Shown: positions 25,479 through 35,553, counted from the first letter of the stretch. The stretch: 64,000 nucleotides of DNA from Patescibacteria group bacterium (GCA_028713575.1 JAQTOB010000002.1:1371-65370); one strand, 5' to 3'. Notes: generated by a model not told the origin, from the sequence alone. Numbers and translations are program-made.

Positions 25479-27720
25479 AATTGAAAAAAATAAAAATATT
25501 TTTATTATAATTAGCCTTTTAGCAGTTATCTTTTGGTATTTGAATTTTTCTACCAACAGGCAGGGGCCCGCCCTTAGTGGATGGTTTTATTTTTTAAATA
25601 TTTTTTGTTTTCTGGTTTATTTCTTTCTCAATTCCTTTTGGTTGGGTAAAATCCTTCGGCGTTATGGCTGGGAAAGAGAGCTTTATTTTATTTTTGGGGC
25701 TTTTTGCTTGTTGTTTTTAATCGCTTTTGGCATGGCCGTGCCCATTGTCATTTATCGAGTAACTCCGGTTTATTTATTAATCTGGTTGCTGTTGCTGACC
25801 GGATTAATTTCTTTTGTCCTAGAAAAGACAAATAAAAAGCCGACAGTAAATAAGGAAATGGAGAAAACGGGAAATAGATTTGCTTTTAAACCTCTTTATC
25901 TTCTCCTGTTCGTTTTATTGGCTGGTTGTTTGTTTTTTCTTTTTTACAGCCGAACCGGGGAATACGTTGATTCTCCTTGGAAAATAATTCATCCGCTTTA
26001 TCTTTATGCCTGGTTAGGAGTGATTTTTATTCTTGGCTGGTTGGCTTTTACCAAGATTAAAATAAAACATTTTCTTTTTCTGGTTATCCTTGCTTCATTG
26101 GTTTTTCATGCTTATTTAATAATTCCCTATAAAGCGGGATTTGGCGGAGACAAATGGCGGCATATTGGGGCGGAACAATGGCTGGCTGAAGGGAAAATTT
26201 ATGAACCGGTCCTTTTGGGAAAAAATGTTTCCCGAATTCCTTTAGGACCATTTCAGGTCCCGGAAGTGTTAGTGGCCGGCAATAAAACTTCTTATGCCAA
26301 TATGTGGGGTTTAACCATTGCTTTATCCTGGCTGACGGGCATAAATATTTTTTATTTAGATTTAATTTTAGGCTTTTTACTTTTTTCTATTTTTTTGCCG
26401 TTTTTGCTTTTGAAACTCGGGTTGTTTTTTTCTCAAAAAAAAGAATTTCTATTTTTATTAATGTTGATGCCTTTTTGTTTTTATCCTTTTCAGGTTTACG
26501 GCAGTATTACCGTGCCCATGACTTTTTCTTTTCTACCTTTCCTTTTTAGTCTTATATTTATTGCTCAGTATCTGAAACAGAAGGAACATTCGAAAAAATT
26601 GTTTTGGTTTTTAGTTCTTTTTATTCCTTTCCTCTATTTTGGCTACCTAGTCTATCTGATTTTGTTTTTGGAAATGTTCGTGCTGGCGATTTTGATCAAA
26701 AACATGAAGGAAAATAAAAAGGTTTCTATTCCTCTGCTGGTATTTTTCTTCTTGATTTTATTGCTGCTAATTCCGGGCATGGAAACGTACAACCAGTATT
26801 CATGGCTAAAGAACGAAACACCGGTCAAGATCCATGTCGGGGAAATGTTCAGGAACTTTCCTTTAAAACTGATTATTTCCCAACCGGTTTTCCCCCGGGT
26901 TTACGGGTTTGAGCAAGATAACTGGCTTTATGCCATGACCGACCGGGAATTGTCGCGTTCGGCACTTCTTGACCTTCTGCCCTGGGCCCTGATACTGACG
27001 CCCTTGGTCTGGCTTTTCACTGTTTTCGGATTCTGGCGTTTTAGAAAATCAAGGACGCCCGGATTAGGCCTGCTATTTTTTTTCATCTTGGCGGTCGTTT
27101 TGGTTAATCAGATGATTTCTTCATATCTGATGGACGGGAATCATCTACTGACCAAGCGCTTGGTGATGTTTACTTCTTTCATGTTCTTTATGCCTTTATG
27201 CTGGGGGGTCTGTTGCTTTAAGGGAAAGATCAGGCGGAAATTTTCTTCCTCTTTGGTTCTCTTCTTTCTCGCCATATTCATTTCCTTATTGTCGGTTACG
27301 GTTTACGCTTCGGGTCCGCGGTTCCAGGTGGTTACGCAGGATGAGTATCAGGCGGCTCAATATCTTTGGCAAAATATGGAAAAATCACCACAGGGGAAAT
27401 ACTGCGTCTTGGCCAATACTTGGCCTTTACTGGCCTTAGAAGGCGTATCAGGACGGCAAATCGTTACCGGCGGCTTTCCTTATTATTATGAATACCGGCA
27501 ACCGGAGAGGACTCAGCTGTTTGAGAATATGAACAGTAATCCTTCCGTCCGTTATCTGGAAAAGTCTTTGGAAATAACCGGGGCCGATGAATGCTATTTT
27601 ATGACTGAAGAAAGATGGGTCTATTTTGACAAAAGAGAACAGATTATTGAACAATTGGACGAGATACTGGGTCAACATGAGAGTCTGGGTAAGGTAATGA
27701 TTTGGAAATACAAACCATAG
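25456..27720 (+). CDS. large polytopic membrane protein, possibly a GT-C-type glycosyltransferase (ArnT/PMT/YfhO-like)
   Basis: 754 aa, with more than 15 TM helices followed by a ~150-aa soluble C-terminal domain. It sits in the glycan gene block and its family is uncertain. Confidence 0.35.
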   Translation: MFKQLLRRIEKNKNIFIIISLLAVIFWYLNFSTNRQGPALSGWFYFLNIFCFLVYFFLNSFWLGKILRRYGWERELYFIFGAFCLLFLIAFGMAVPIVIYRVTPVYLLIWLLLLTGLISFVLEKTNKKPTVNKEMEKTGNRFAFKPLYLLLFVLLAGCLFFLFYSRTGEYVDSPWKIIHPLYLYAWLGVIFILGWLAFTKIKIKHFLFLVILASLVFHAYLIIPYKAGFGGDKWRHIGAEQWLAEGKIYEPVLLGKNVSRIPLGPFQVPEVLVAGNKTSYANMWGLTIALSWLTGINIFYLDLILGFLLFSIFLPFLLLKLGLFFSQKKEFLFLLMLMPFCFYPFQVYGSITVPMTFSFLPFLFSLIFIAQYLKQKEHSKKLFWFLVLFIPFLYFGYLVYLILFLEMFVLAILIKNMKENKKVSIPLLVFFFLILLLLIPGMETYNQYSWLKNETPVKIHVGEMFRNFPLKLIISQPVFPRVYGFEQDNWLYAMTDRELSRSALLDLLPWALILTPLVWLFTVFGFWRFRKSRTPGLGLLFFFILAVVLVNQMISSYLMDGNHLLTKRLVMFTSFMFFMPLCWGVCCFKGKIRRKFSSSLVLFFLAIFISLLSVTVYASGPRFQVVTQDEYQAAQYLWQNMEKSPQGKYCVLANTWPLLALEGVSGRQIVTGGFPYYYEYRQPERTQLFENMNSNPSVRYLEKSLEITGADECYFMTEERWVYFDKREQIIEQLDEILGQHESLGKVMIWKYKP

Positions 27721-27787
27721 CATTAAAACATTAAAACAAATTATTTTTACGTTTTCGTATTTTTATGTTTTAATAAAATAGCCATTT

Positions 27788-28429
27788 ATGCATAAAAAAA
27801 TTCTAATTATCTATCGCTTGATTTTGATTTTTGGAGTTTTAATACTCTTTGCTTGGCTTTTGCAAAAGAACATAGTCATGAAAGGGGATTTGTCTTTAAG
27901 TAAGGATTTTTGTTTTTCTTCCCGTTTTATATCCAATCTTTATCCCGAAGACCGGGCCGGGATTTTAGAAAAAGATGAAGCGAAAAATTGTTTTCAAAGA
28001 ATTTTTGTGGAGCCGGCATATTTCAAGGTAAAGATTCCTCGGACTTTTGATACTGCCAGAGTGACGGTTATTTATGCTAATCCGAATCAAGCTGAAATTA
28101 AACTTGGCTTGCTTAAAAAAAGAGAGTATCCTTTAGATTGGCGTTTCAGTTTGAAAGACCTTCAGGTTATTAGTTGGGAAGAGGACCAGGGAGGAAATGT
28201 TTGGTTGACCGCAGAAGCGGACTTTACGGTAGGAGAAGAACATCTTAACGATCATGCTTTGGAATTTTTCTTTTCATCGCCCGGATTAATTGGTCATCGT
28301 TATCAGATAAAAGTTAAGAAAATAGAAGTTGAATTGGTCCGGTCAGCCAGTAATTGGTCTGATTTTTTTCGCGATGTCAAAAATTATCTTATAAACAAAA
28401 CAAAAAATGTCAGAGCAAAATTCAAATAA
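27788..28429 (+). CDS. hypothetical protein with N-terminal TM anchor
   Basis: 213 aa with a single N-terminal hydrophobic helix and no recognisable motifs. Confidence 0.4.
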   Translation: MHKKILIIYRLILIFGVLILFAWLLQKNIVMKGDLSLSKDFCFSSRFISNLYPEDRAGILEKDEAKNCFQRIFVEPAYFKVKIPRTFDTARVTVIYANPNQAEIKLGLLKKREYPLDWRFSLKDLQVISWEEDQGGNVWLTAEADFTVGEEHLNDHALEFFFSSPGLIGHRYQIKVKKIEVELVRSASNWSDFFRDVKNYLINKTKNVRAKFK

Positions 28430-28643
28430 TAGAATCTTCAAAAAGTACGGGGTTAATATTTATTATTTTTTTCGGGATTTGTTTTTCACTAGTCTGTGCT
28501 TGCTTTTATTTTTATTAATTATTGAAGACCTTCAGCCGGGCTTTGTCAGTTTTTGGCTGGAAATGAAATATGTCCTAGGCATTGTTCTGGTGACGGGGAT
28601 ATTAGCCCTTCTGGCGGCAAGGGAAAACGGAAGGAGAGAATAA
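28407..28643 (+). CDS. hypothetical small membrane protein
   Basis: 78 aa with two hydrophobic segments. It overlaps the upstream gene. Confidence 0.3.
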   Translation: MSEQNSNNRIFKKYGVNIYYFFRDLFFTSLCLLLFLLIIEDLQPGFVSFWLEMKYVLGIVLVTGILALLAARENGRRE

Positions 28644-28684
28644 CAGGGACTAAGGTAAGGTTAGGATTCATGGACAAAGCACAA

Positions 28685-28736
28685 CTTCTTGCAGGTCCGA
28701 CCTGCAAGAAGTCTGCGAGAAGTGCTGCGAGAAGTG
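28685..28736. repeat. inverted repeat cttcttgcaggtc/gacctgcaagaag followed by 2 x 12-bp tandem ctgcgagaagtg
   Basis: It belongs to the same palindrome family as the terminator at 22664-22699, but no T-run follows here. Confidence 0.6.
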
Positions 28737-28758
28737 CTGAATCATTAATATTTACAAA

Positions 28759-28983
28759 ATGAAAAAAGTGAAAAATGCTATTATTTTTTGTCCTGAGAAA
28801 TTAGAGAAAATAAAAAGATTGATATGGGTCAAAGAAACGGAAAAATTTCATATTTTATGTGATTTTAGCCAAACCGGATATTTTTATGTTAAAATATTTA
28901 GTATATTTAGTATTAAGGAATATATAGATATCCCTAAAGATAAATATTTTTTAAATGATAATATAAATAAAATATATGTTTAA
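28759..28983 (+). CDS. hypothetical protein (74 aa)
   Basis: The ORF has no recognisable motifs and overlaps the next ORF by 8 nt. Confidence 0.25.
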   Translation: MKKVKNAIIFCPEKLEKIKRLIWVKETEKFHILCDFSQTGYFYVKIFSIFSIKEYIDIPKDKYFLNDNINKIYV

Positions 28984-29767
28984 AAATTTTTTGAAAAATT
29001 TTGATAATCCGCAAGAAGAATTGATTAATCAGAAAGAATCAATTAATCCAATTAAATCAGAGCATTTAAGAGAGGGGATTAAACCAATTATGGCTTGCGT
29101 TGGGACGCCCGATGATTTTCCTGAGCCAATCAAAAAAGTGATGTCTAAAGAAAATAAATTAGTTAATGTAAATTTTTATGAAAATTTTATAGGATTAAGT
29201 TTAAAGAGATTCAAAAACGCCGGAGAATATTCTTATGTTATATCTAATATAAATAATAAAAATAAATTTTCCGAGTGTTTTTTAAACTGTACAGGATTAA
29301 TAGTCGCTGGTTTTAGTAAAAAAACAAATGAAAATATTTCTTTCGTCAGCCATCAAAATCCTGGCTTTTTTTTAGAAAGTGAAAACAATAAAAAGAAATT
29401 TTCCAAAGACCTTAGGCAAAGGCTATTAAAATTAAAAGATAAAAGTTTAGACAAAACCATTGATGCGGTGATTGTTGGCGGAAATTATTTTAGCCAACAG
29501 GGAAAAGTTAATGAGTTTGGGGAGGATTATTTTGCTTCAATCAAATTATTGTCAGAAGAAGTATTAAAAATTTTAGGATTTGAGCCAGTGGTTATAATTG
29601 GACCCAAAATAATTGATAGAAATCATGGCGATGAAGATATTTTTTACGACAATAAAAATAGGCAGCTTTATATCGTCAGGTTATCTGTTGACAACAAAAC
29701 AGCAAAAAGTTTCATCCCAAGTGATTTAGAAGAACAAAGTAAAAATTGGGACAAAGATAAATTTTAA
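28976..29767 (+). CDS. hypothetical protein (263 aa)
   Basis: No TM segment and no recognisable motifs. It lies upstream of rmuC. Confidence 0.4.
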   Translation: MFKNFLKNFDNPQEELINQKESINPIKSEHLREGIKPIMACVGTPDDFPEPIKKVMSKENKLVNVNFYENFIGLSLKRFKNAGEYSYVISNINNKNKFSECFLNCTGLIVAGFSKKTNENISFVSHQNPGFFLESENNKKKFSKDLRQRLLKLKDKSLDKTIDAVIVGGNYFSQQGKVNEFGEDYFASIKLLSEEVLKILGFEPVVIIGPKIIDRNHGDEDIFYDNKNRQLYIVRLSVDNKTAKSFIPSDLEEQSKNWDKDKF

Positions 29768-29892
29768 CAAAGTGATTATTATAACCTTTACGAAGTCGCT
29801 TTGTTTGATATAATAAAAATATGAATCCTATTATATTTTTAGGAGTTTCTATTTAAGGTTTAGGAAAATTAATTTATTTAATTTTTAACAGA

Positions 29893-30924
29893 ATGAACAT
29901 TTTTTTTATTGTTTTAATCGTTATCGTTTTACTCGGATTTTCAGGCGTGTTTTATTTCTTATTTCGGGCATTTGACAATAAAAAAGCCAATGAGGGACAG
30001 GGGATGATGATGTTGCAGAATCAGATCGGTGAAATTAGGCAAAGTATTCAGTCTCAGTATCAGCAAAGCCTTAATCTTACTAAAGATTTAACAGAAAAAC
30101 TGGGCAAATTAGACCAAACCAATCAACAGATTGTTGGTTTTGCCGACCAGTTACAGGGATTACAGGATATTTTGAAAAATCCCAAACAAAGAGGCGTTTT
30201 GGGGGAATATTTTTTGGAATCGGTGTTAAAGAATGTTTTGCCGCCGAAGATTTATAAAATGCAATATAGCTTGGGGAAAGACGAGGAAACAGAAAAAGAA
30301 TTAATCGTAGACGCGGTAATTTTTATTAAAGAAAAAATCATTCCTATTGATTCCAAATTCTCTTTGGAAAATTATAATCGTTTACTAAACGAACACAATC
30401 CGGAGCAGCAAAAACAGTTGGAAAAAATTTTTAAGCAGGATTTAAAAAACAGGATTGATGAAACCTCCAAATACATTAAGCCAGAAAAAAATACTTTTGA
30501 CTTTGCTTTTATGTTTATTCCTTCTGAAGCTATTTATTATGATTTATTAATCAATCAAGTTGGCCCGATTAAAAGCGTTACTAATAACTTGATTGAATAC
30601 GCGGTAAAGGAAAAAAGAGTAATTATTGTTTCTCCTACCACTTTTTTAGCTTATTTGCAAATGGTATTACAGGGTTTAAAATCATTACAAATTGAAGAAT
30701 CGGCAAAACAGATTAAAAAAAATATTGAGATACTTAGCCAACATTTGCTTAGATACGATATTTATTTTAAAAAATTAGGGAATCATTTAGAAACTACAGT
30801 CAACAGCTATAACATTGCTTATAAAGAACTGGGGAAAATTGACAAAGATGTGGTTAAGATAACCGGCGGGGGAAAAAAAATTGAACCGCTGTCTTTAGAT
30901 AGACCAAAAGTGATTGAGGAATAA
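29893..30924 (+). CDS. rmuC: DNA recombination protein RmuC
   Basis: N-terminal TM, a long coiled coil, and the C-terminal motif FDFAFMFIPSEAIYYDLL, which matches the RmuC MFIPSE signature. Confidence 0.75.
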   Translation: MNIFFIVLIVIVLLGFSGVFYFLFRAFDNKKANEGQGMMMLQNQIGEIRQSIQSQYQQSLNLTKDLTEKLGKLDQTNQQIVGFADQLQGLQDILKNPKQRGVLGEYFLESVLKNVLPPKIYKMQYSLGKDEETEKELIVDAVIFIKEKIIPIDSKFSLENYNRLLNEHNPEQQKQLEKIFKQDLKNRIDETSKYIKPEKNTFDFAFMFIPSEAIYYDLLINQVGPIKSVTNNLIEYAVKEKRVIIVSPTTFLAYLQMVLQGLKSLQIEESAKQIKKNIEILSQHLLRYDIYFKKLGNHLETTVNSYNIAYKELGKIDKDVVKITGGGKKIEPLSLDRPKVIEE

Positions 30925-30926
30925 TT

Positions 30927-32069
30927 ATGAACAAAAAATATTTATTTATAAAAGCCATTTCCGTGCTTATCGGCACTATTATCGGAGCGGGAATTTTTGG
31001 CTTACCCTATGCTTTTGCCCAAGGCGGGTTTTTACTCGGCTTATTTTATTTATTGCTTTTAACAGGATTATTTTTAATTGCTAAACTTTGTTATACAGAA
31101 ATTATTCTTCGCACAAATGATAATTTAGAAATGGCTGGTTATGTGGAACGTTATTCGGGTCGCTTAGGCAAAATAATTATTACGCTTTGTTTAATCTTTG
31201 GGACTTATGGCGCTTTAACCGCCTATACCATTGGGGTGGGAGAATTTCTTTATTCTTTACTTAATCCTATTTTAGGCGGAACGCAAGTATTTTGGTCTAT
31301 TATTTTTTGGGTCCTGGCCAGCATTTTAATTTTTATCGGCATCGGCATTATCAGCCGCATAGAAGTTTTTATGGTTTTCGTTTTAATTTTTATTATTTTT
31401 TTTGTTTTTTTAAAATGTTTTCCTTATTTTAATTTTCAAAATTTAAAGTATGTTAATTTAGATTGGCGAATAATTTTTTTCCCCTATGGTCCGATTCTTT
31501 TCGCCCTGGGAGGAGCTTCGGCTATTCCAACCATGAGACGGATTTTAAAAGATAAAACTTATCTTTTAAAAAGGGCCGTGATAATTGGATTTTTTATTCC
31601 CGTAATCATATATTTGATTTTTGCCTTTATTGTAGTCGGAGTGAGCGGGAAACAAACTTCGGAAACTGCTTTAATCGGCCTGACTAATTTTACAGACGGC
31701 AATCTTTTATTAATTGGTGGAGTTTTTGGCATCTTTGCCATGACAACTTCTTTTTTGGCATTAGGACATTTTTTAAAAGAATTGTTTCATCGCGATTATC
31801 ATTTGCCTAAAATTGTTGCCGGATTGTCAGTAGTAAGCGTTCCTTTGATTTTTTTCCTTATAGGTATGAGAAGCTTTATTACTGTCATTAGTTTTGCCGG
31901 CGGCGTTCTTTCTGGTATGCAAGGGATAATTTTGATTGTCACTTATTATCGGGCAAAGAAAAAGGGCGATCGCCAGCCGGAATTTAGTTTTAATTTACCT
32001 CGTTTGCTGGCTTATTTTATTTATTTTTTATTTATTTTCGGTATTGTATATCAATTTATTTATGTCTGA
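30927..32069 (+). CDS. aromatic amino acid permease family (HAAAP) transporter, paralogue of 9605-10741
   Basis: IKAISVLIGTIIGAGIFGLPYAFAQGGFLLG resembles the Mtr/TyrP N-terminal signature. The protein has 11 TM helices. Confidence 0.55.
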   Translation: MNKKYLFIKAISVLIGTIIGAGIFGLPYAFAQGGFLLGLFYLLLLTGLFLIAKLCYTEIILRTNDNLEMAGYVERYSGRLGKIIITLCLIFGTYGALTAYTIGVGEFLYSLLNPILGGTQVFWSIIFWVLASILIFIGIGIISRIEVFMVFVLIFIIFFVFLKCFPYFNFQNLKYVNLDWRIIFFPYGPILFALGGASAIPTMRRILKDKTYLLKRAVIIGFFIPVIIYLIFAFIVVGVSGKQTSETALIGLTNFTDGNLLLIGGVFGIFAMTTSFLALGHFLKELFHRDYHLPKIVAGLSVVSVPLIFFLIGMRSFITVISFAGGVLSGMQGIILIVTYYRAKKKGDRQPEFSFNLPRLLAYFIYFLFIFGIVYQFIYV

Positions 32070-33108
32070 TAAATTAATTTTAGTTTTAAACGCCGGTAGT
32101 ACTTCCTTTAAGTACAAATTATTTAATGAACAATTAAAAACGATTAAAGAAGATAATTATACGCACTTAGACGGAAAGACCAATAGTCATTTAGAGGTTT
32201 TTCGCAAGATTCTTAGAGAAATCGGGGATTTGACTGATATTAAAATTGTAGGCCATCGGATTGTGCACGGTGGCGGAAAATTTTTTCAACCAACATTGAT
32301 TGATGATAATAATTTTCAAGAATTAAAGTCATTCAATCATTTAGCGCCTTTGCACAATCCTTATAATTTGCAAATTTTAGAATCTTCCCGCGTCTATTTG
32401 TCTCATGCTCCGCAATTAGCTGTTTTTGATACGGCTTTTTTTATTTCTCTTCCTTTTAAAGCCAAAATTTATGCCCTGCCTCTGGAGTATTATGAAAAAC
32501 ATCATTTACAACGTTTTGGGTTTCATGGTATTTCGCATCAATCAGCGGCCGAACAGGCAAGAGAAAAATTAAAAAGAAAATTAAATACTCTTAATTTAAT
32601 TATTTGTCATTTAGGCGGCGGTTGTAGTGTGACGGCGGTTAAAAACGGTCAAGCCATTGATACAAGCATGGGGTTTACCCCTATGGACGGATTAGTCATG
32701 ATGACTAGGTCGGGCAATATTGATCCGGGCATAATTCTTTATTTACATGAAAATTTTAACATGCCTTTTTCGGAAATCAATTATTTATTAAATAATCAGT
32801 CAGGCATAAAAGGTTTGTTTGGCAATTCCGATTTTAAAAAACTTTTAAAAGCGGTTAAAAGGGGAAACAAAAAAGCCAAACTGGCTTTTGATATTTTTGT
32901 TTATCATGTTCAAAAATATATTGGCGCTTATGCCGCGATTTTAGGAAAAATCGACGCTTTGGTTTTTACTGGCGCTATTGGTAACGGCGACCCTTATACT
33001 CGCAAAAAAATTTGCCAATTGGAAATGTTGAGAAAAATTAAAATTTTAAATTTTAAGGCCGACGAAGAAAAGGTCATTGCTCAAGAATGTCAAAAATTAT
33101 TAATTTGA
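32062..33108 (+). CDS. ackA: acetate kinase
   Basis: MSDKLILVLNAGSTSFKYKLF…HRIVHGG…GFHGISH are acetate/propionate kinase motifs. The start is chosen at ATG 32062 within the longer ORF 31936-33108. Confidence 0.9.
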   Translation: MSDKLILVLNAGSTSFKYKLFNEQLKTIKEDNYTHLDGKTNSHLEVFRKILREIGDLTDIKIVGHRIVHGGGKFFQPTLIDDNNFQELKSFNHLAPLHNPYNLQILESSRVYLSHAPQLAVFDTAFFISLPFKAKIYALPLEYYEKHHLQRFGFHGISHQSAAEQAREKLKRKLNTLNLIICHLGGGCSVTAVKNGQAIDTSMGFTPMDGLVMMTRSGNIDPGIILYLHENFNMPFSEINYLLNNQSGIKGLFGNSDFKKLLKAVKRGNKKAKLAFDIFVYHVQKYIGAYAAILGKIDALVFTGAIGNGDPYTRKKICQLEMLRKIKILNFKADEEKVIAQECQKLLI

Positions 33109-33123
33109 TATAAAAATTAGTTT

Positions 33124-33399
33124 ATGAATAGTTTTAATAAAATTGAAGCAAGCATTCCAGATGAAGATGTTTTTGGATGGATAGAATCCTTAAAAAGAGG
33201 AGGAATGAGCGAAGAGGAAATAGATTTGATTTTAGAAAGACTCAATTATTATTATCGGAAGGCGAAAAATCATTTATCAGTTGAAGAAGAATTAGAAATA
33301 ATAAACAAGGAACATTTTGCCAAGCACGGCCGACCTTTAGATAGTGAACAAAAAGAATATTTTAGAAAAGGATTAAAAACAAAGAGGGGAGAAAAGTAA
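33124..33399 (+). CDS. hypothetical small protein (91 aa)
   Basis: The product is charged and helical with no recognisable motifs. Confidence 0.3.
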   Translation: MNSFNKIEASIPDEDVFGWIESLKRGGMSEEEIDLILERLNYYYRKAKNHLSVEEELEIINKEHFAKHGRPLDSEQKEYFRKGLKTKRGEK

Positions 33400-33673
33400 T
33401 TTTGCTCTTTAAAAATTTATTTTAATAAATCCGGTTTTTACCGGATTTTTATTTTGTTCCATTCTGAATTCTAATTTTCCTAAATTTTTTATGGTAAGAT
33501 ACTCGCCGCACTCGGATTTATTTAGTCGCTATTTTGCGGCGGTTAATAATTAATAAATTTTAAACAATAAATTGTTAATAAATTTAGATGGCAAAATTAA
33601 AATGAAAGATTTTATTATTTTGATAAAAATTATTGCAGTTTTAATTTATAATTTTTGAAAATAGTGAAAAAAG

Positions 33674-33779
33674 TTATCCACAGGGCAAAGATTGTTTTGT
33701 GGGAAAAAATGGTTTATAATACATCTGTTGTGTATATCTGTGGATAAAAGTGGGGATAAATAAAGATATCTGTGGATAA
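33674..33779. promoter_or_regulatory. cluster of DnaA boxes
   Basis: Perfect TTATCCACA on + at 33674-33682. Perfect boxes on - (TGTGGATAA) at 33739-33747 and 33771-33779. A one-mismatch box TGGGGATAA at 33751-33759 and a weaker TGTGGGAAA at 33698-33706. An AT-rich tract lies upstream (33590-33670). Confidence 0.5.
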
Positions 33780-33799
33780 CTCTCAAATAATATTTTTAT

Positions 33800-34231
33800 A
33801 TGTTTATCGGCGAATACCATTATTCAATAGATGATAAAAATAGATTAGGTCTGCCTGTTAAATTTAGACTTGATCTTTTTAAAGGCGCAGTAGTCACGCG
33901 GGGTTTGGATGCTTGCCTTTTTTTATTTCCCAAAAAAGAATGGGAAAAATTGGCAGCTAAGTTGGCAGAAATGCCAATCAGCCAATCAAAGCCGCGGGCT
34001 TTTGCCCGCTTGATGTTGGCCGGCGCCATGGACGTGGAATTGGATAAACAGGGTAGAATTAATTTGCCTGATTATTTACGCAGTTATGCTGATTTGGGTA
34101 AAAAAGTAGTGGTGGCCGGTTTATACAATCGTTTGGAAATTTGGGACGAAAAGAAATGGGAAGAATACAAGAAAACATCAGAGGAAGACAGCTCAGAAAT
34201 TGCCGAAACATTAGGAGAGTTGGGAGTATAA
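33800..34231 (+). CDS. mraZ: transcriptional regulator MraZ
   Basis: MFIGEYHYSIDDKNRLGLPVKFR… with a duplicated SpoVT/AbrB-like MraZ fold. It is the first gene of the dcw cluster. Confidence 0.85.
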   Translation: MFIGEYHYSIDDKNRLGLPVKFRLDLFKGAVVTRGLDACLFLFPKKEWEKLAAKLAEMPISQSKPRAFARLMLAGAMDVELDKQGRINLPDYLRSYADLGKKVVVAGLYNRLEIWDEKKWEEYKKTSEEDSSEIAETLGELGV

Positions 34232-34344
34232 TAGAAATGGAAAATATAAAAATCAAAACATAAAATGATAACACGAGACACAAAAAATAAAATAATAGAA
34301 TCAGATATAATTTTTAATTTTGATTTTTAGGTTTTAAATTATCT

Positions 34345-35214
34345 ATGCATATTCCAGTTCTTTTAAAAGAAGTTATTGAATATTTTAATCCCAGTCCGGG
34401 CAAGAATTTTATTGACGCAACTATTGGCGGCGGGGGACATGCCAAAGAAATTTTAAAAAAAACATTTCCAGATGGGAAATTACTTGGATTAGACGCTAGT
34501 CCGGAAGCAATTGAAGACATTAAAGCTCAGACAAAGGAAAGCGATTTAAAAAGACTTATTTTAATTAATGATAATTTTTCTCATTTAAAAGAGATTGTTC
34601 AAGAAAATAATTTTCAACCAGTTAATGGAGTTTTATTTGACTTAGGATTATCAAGTAATTTATTAGCAAGTAGCGGTCGGGGATTCAGTTTTATGGCGCA
34701 TGAATTTTTAGACATGCGGTATAATCCGCAAGGCCAATCTTTAACGGCGGATAAAATTATTAACAATTACGATAAAAATGATTTAGAAATGTTTTTTCGG
34801 GATTATGGCGGAGAAAGGTTTGCTGGTCGCATCGCTCAGGCCATTGTTAAGGAAAGAAAAAACGGGAAAATTACTATGACCAGCCAATTAGTAATGATTA
34901 TAAGAAAAGCTTTAGGCCGCCGTTTTCATGTCAAAAGTTTAGCCAGGGTTTTCCAGGCCTTAAGAATTAAGATTAATTACGAGATGGAAAATATTCAATT
35001 GGGCTTTAATGACGCGGTTGACATTTTGACATCGGGCGGAAGAATTATTGTTCTTACTTATCATTCAGGTGAAGACCAAATTGTAAAAAATCTTTTTAAA
35101 CAAGAACCAAGAATAAAAATAATAAATAAAAAAACCATTAAACCCTCTCAAGAAGAAATTAAAAATAATATTCGGGCGCGGAGCGCCAAAATGAGAGTAG
35201 GGGAGAAAATTTAA
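34345..35214 (+). CDS. rsmH: 16S rRNA (cytosine1402-N4)-methyltransferase RsmH (MraW)
   Basis: MHIPVLLKEVIEYF…DATIGGGGHA. Confidence 0.9.
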   Translation: MHIPVLLKEVIEYFNPSPGKNFIDATIGGGGHAKEILKKTFPDGKLLGLDASPEAIEDIKAQTKESDLKRLILINDNFSHLKEIVQENNFQPVNGVLFDLGLSSNLLASSGRGFSFMAHEFLDMRYNPQGQSLTADKIINNYDKNDLEMFFRDYGGERFAGRIAQAIVKERKNGKITMTSQLVMIIRKALGRRFHVKSLARVFQALRIKINYEMENIQLGFNDAVDILTSGGRIIVLTYHSGEDQIVKNLFKQEPRIKIINKKTIKPSQEEIKNNIRARSAKMRVGEKI

Positions 35215-35220
35215 AACATT

Positions 35221-35553
35221 ATGACTCTTGCTCAAAAATTTTTCCGAACAATTTTCGGAGAAAAACAAAAAACAAAATACATCGTTTTTAATTGTTCCGC
35301 TTTATTGGTTTTTATTTTAATTGTTGTTTTTTATTTAATTCAAGTTAATACCGGCATTTCTTATCGTTTAGAAATGGAAAAAACAAACAAAGAAATAAGA
35401 TCTTTAAAAATTGAAAACGAAGAACTTTTAAAACAAACGACCGTAGTCGGTTCTATGGCTAATGTTCACCAATTGGCGCAAGGACTAAAAATGGTTAAAG
35501 TCGACCAAACGGATTATTTATTTATGTCAGAAGAGGTTTTTGCCAGAAAATAA
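35221..35553 (+). CDS. ftsL: cell division protein FtsL-like (septum formation initiator family)
   Basis: 110 aa with a short cytoplasmic N-terminus, one TM helix and a coiled coil. It occupies the conserved position between rsmH and ftsI. Confidence 0.5.
   Translation: MTLAQKFFRTIFGEKQKTKYIVFNCSALLVFILIVVFYLIQVNTGISYRLEMEKTNKEIRSLKIENEELLKQTTVVGSMANVHQLAQGLKMVKVDQTDYLFMSEEVFARK

Noticed and set aside
33590-33800. Calling the DnaA-box cluster the chromosomal oriC outright
   Set aside because: dnaA and dnaN are not nearby and I cannot compute GC skew. It is reported as a candidate origin or DnaA-regulated promoter only.
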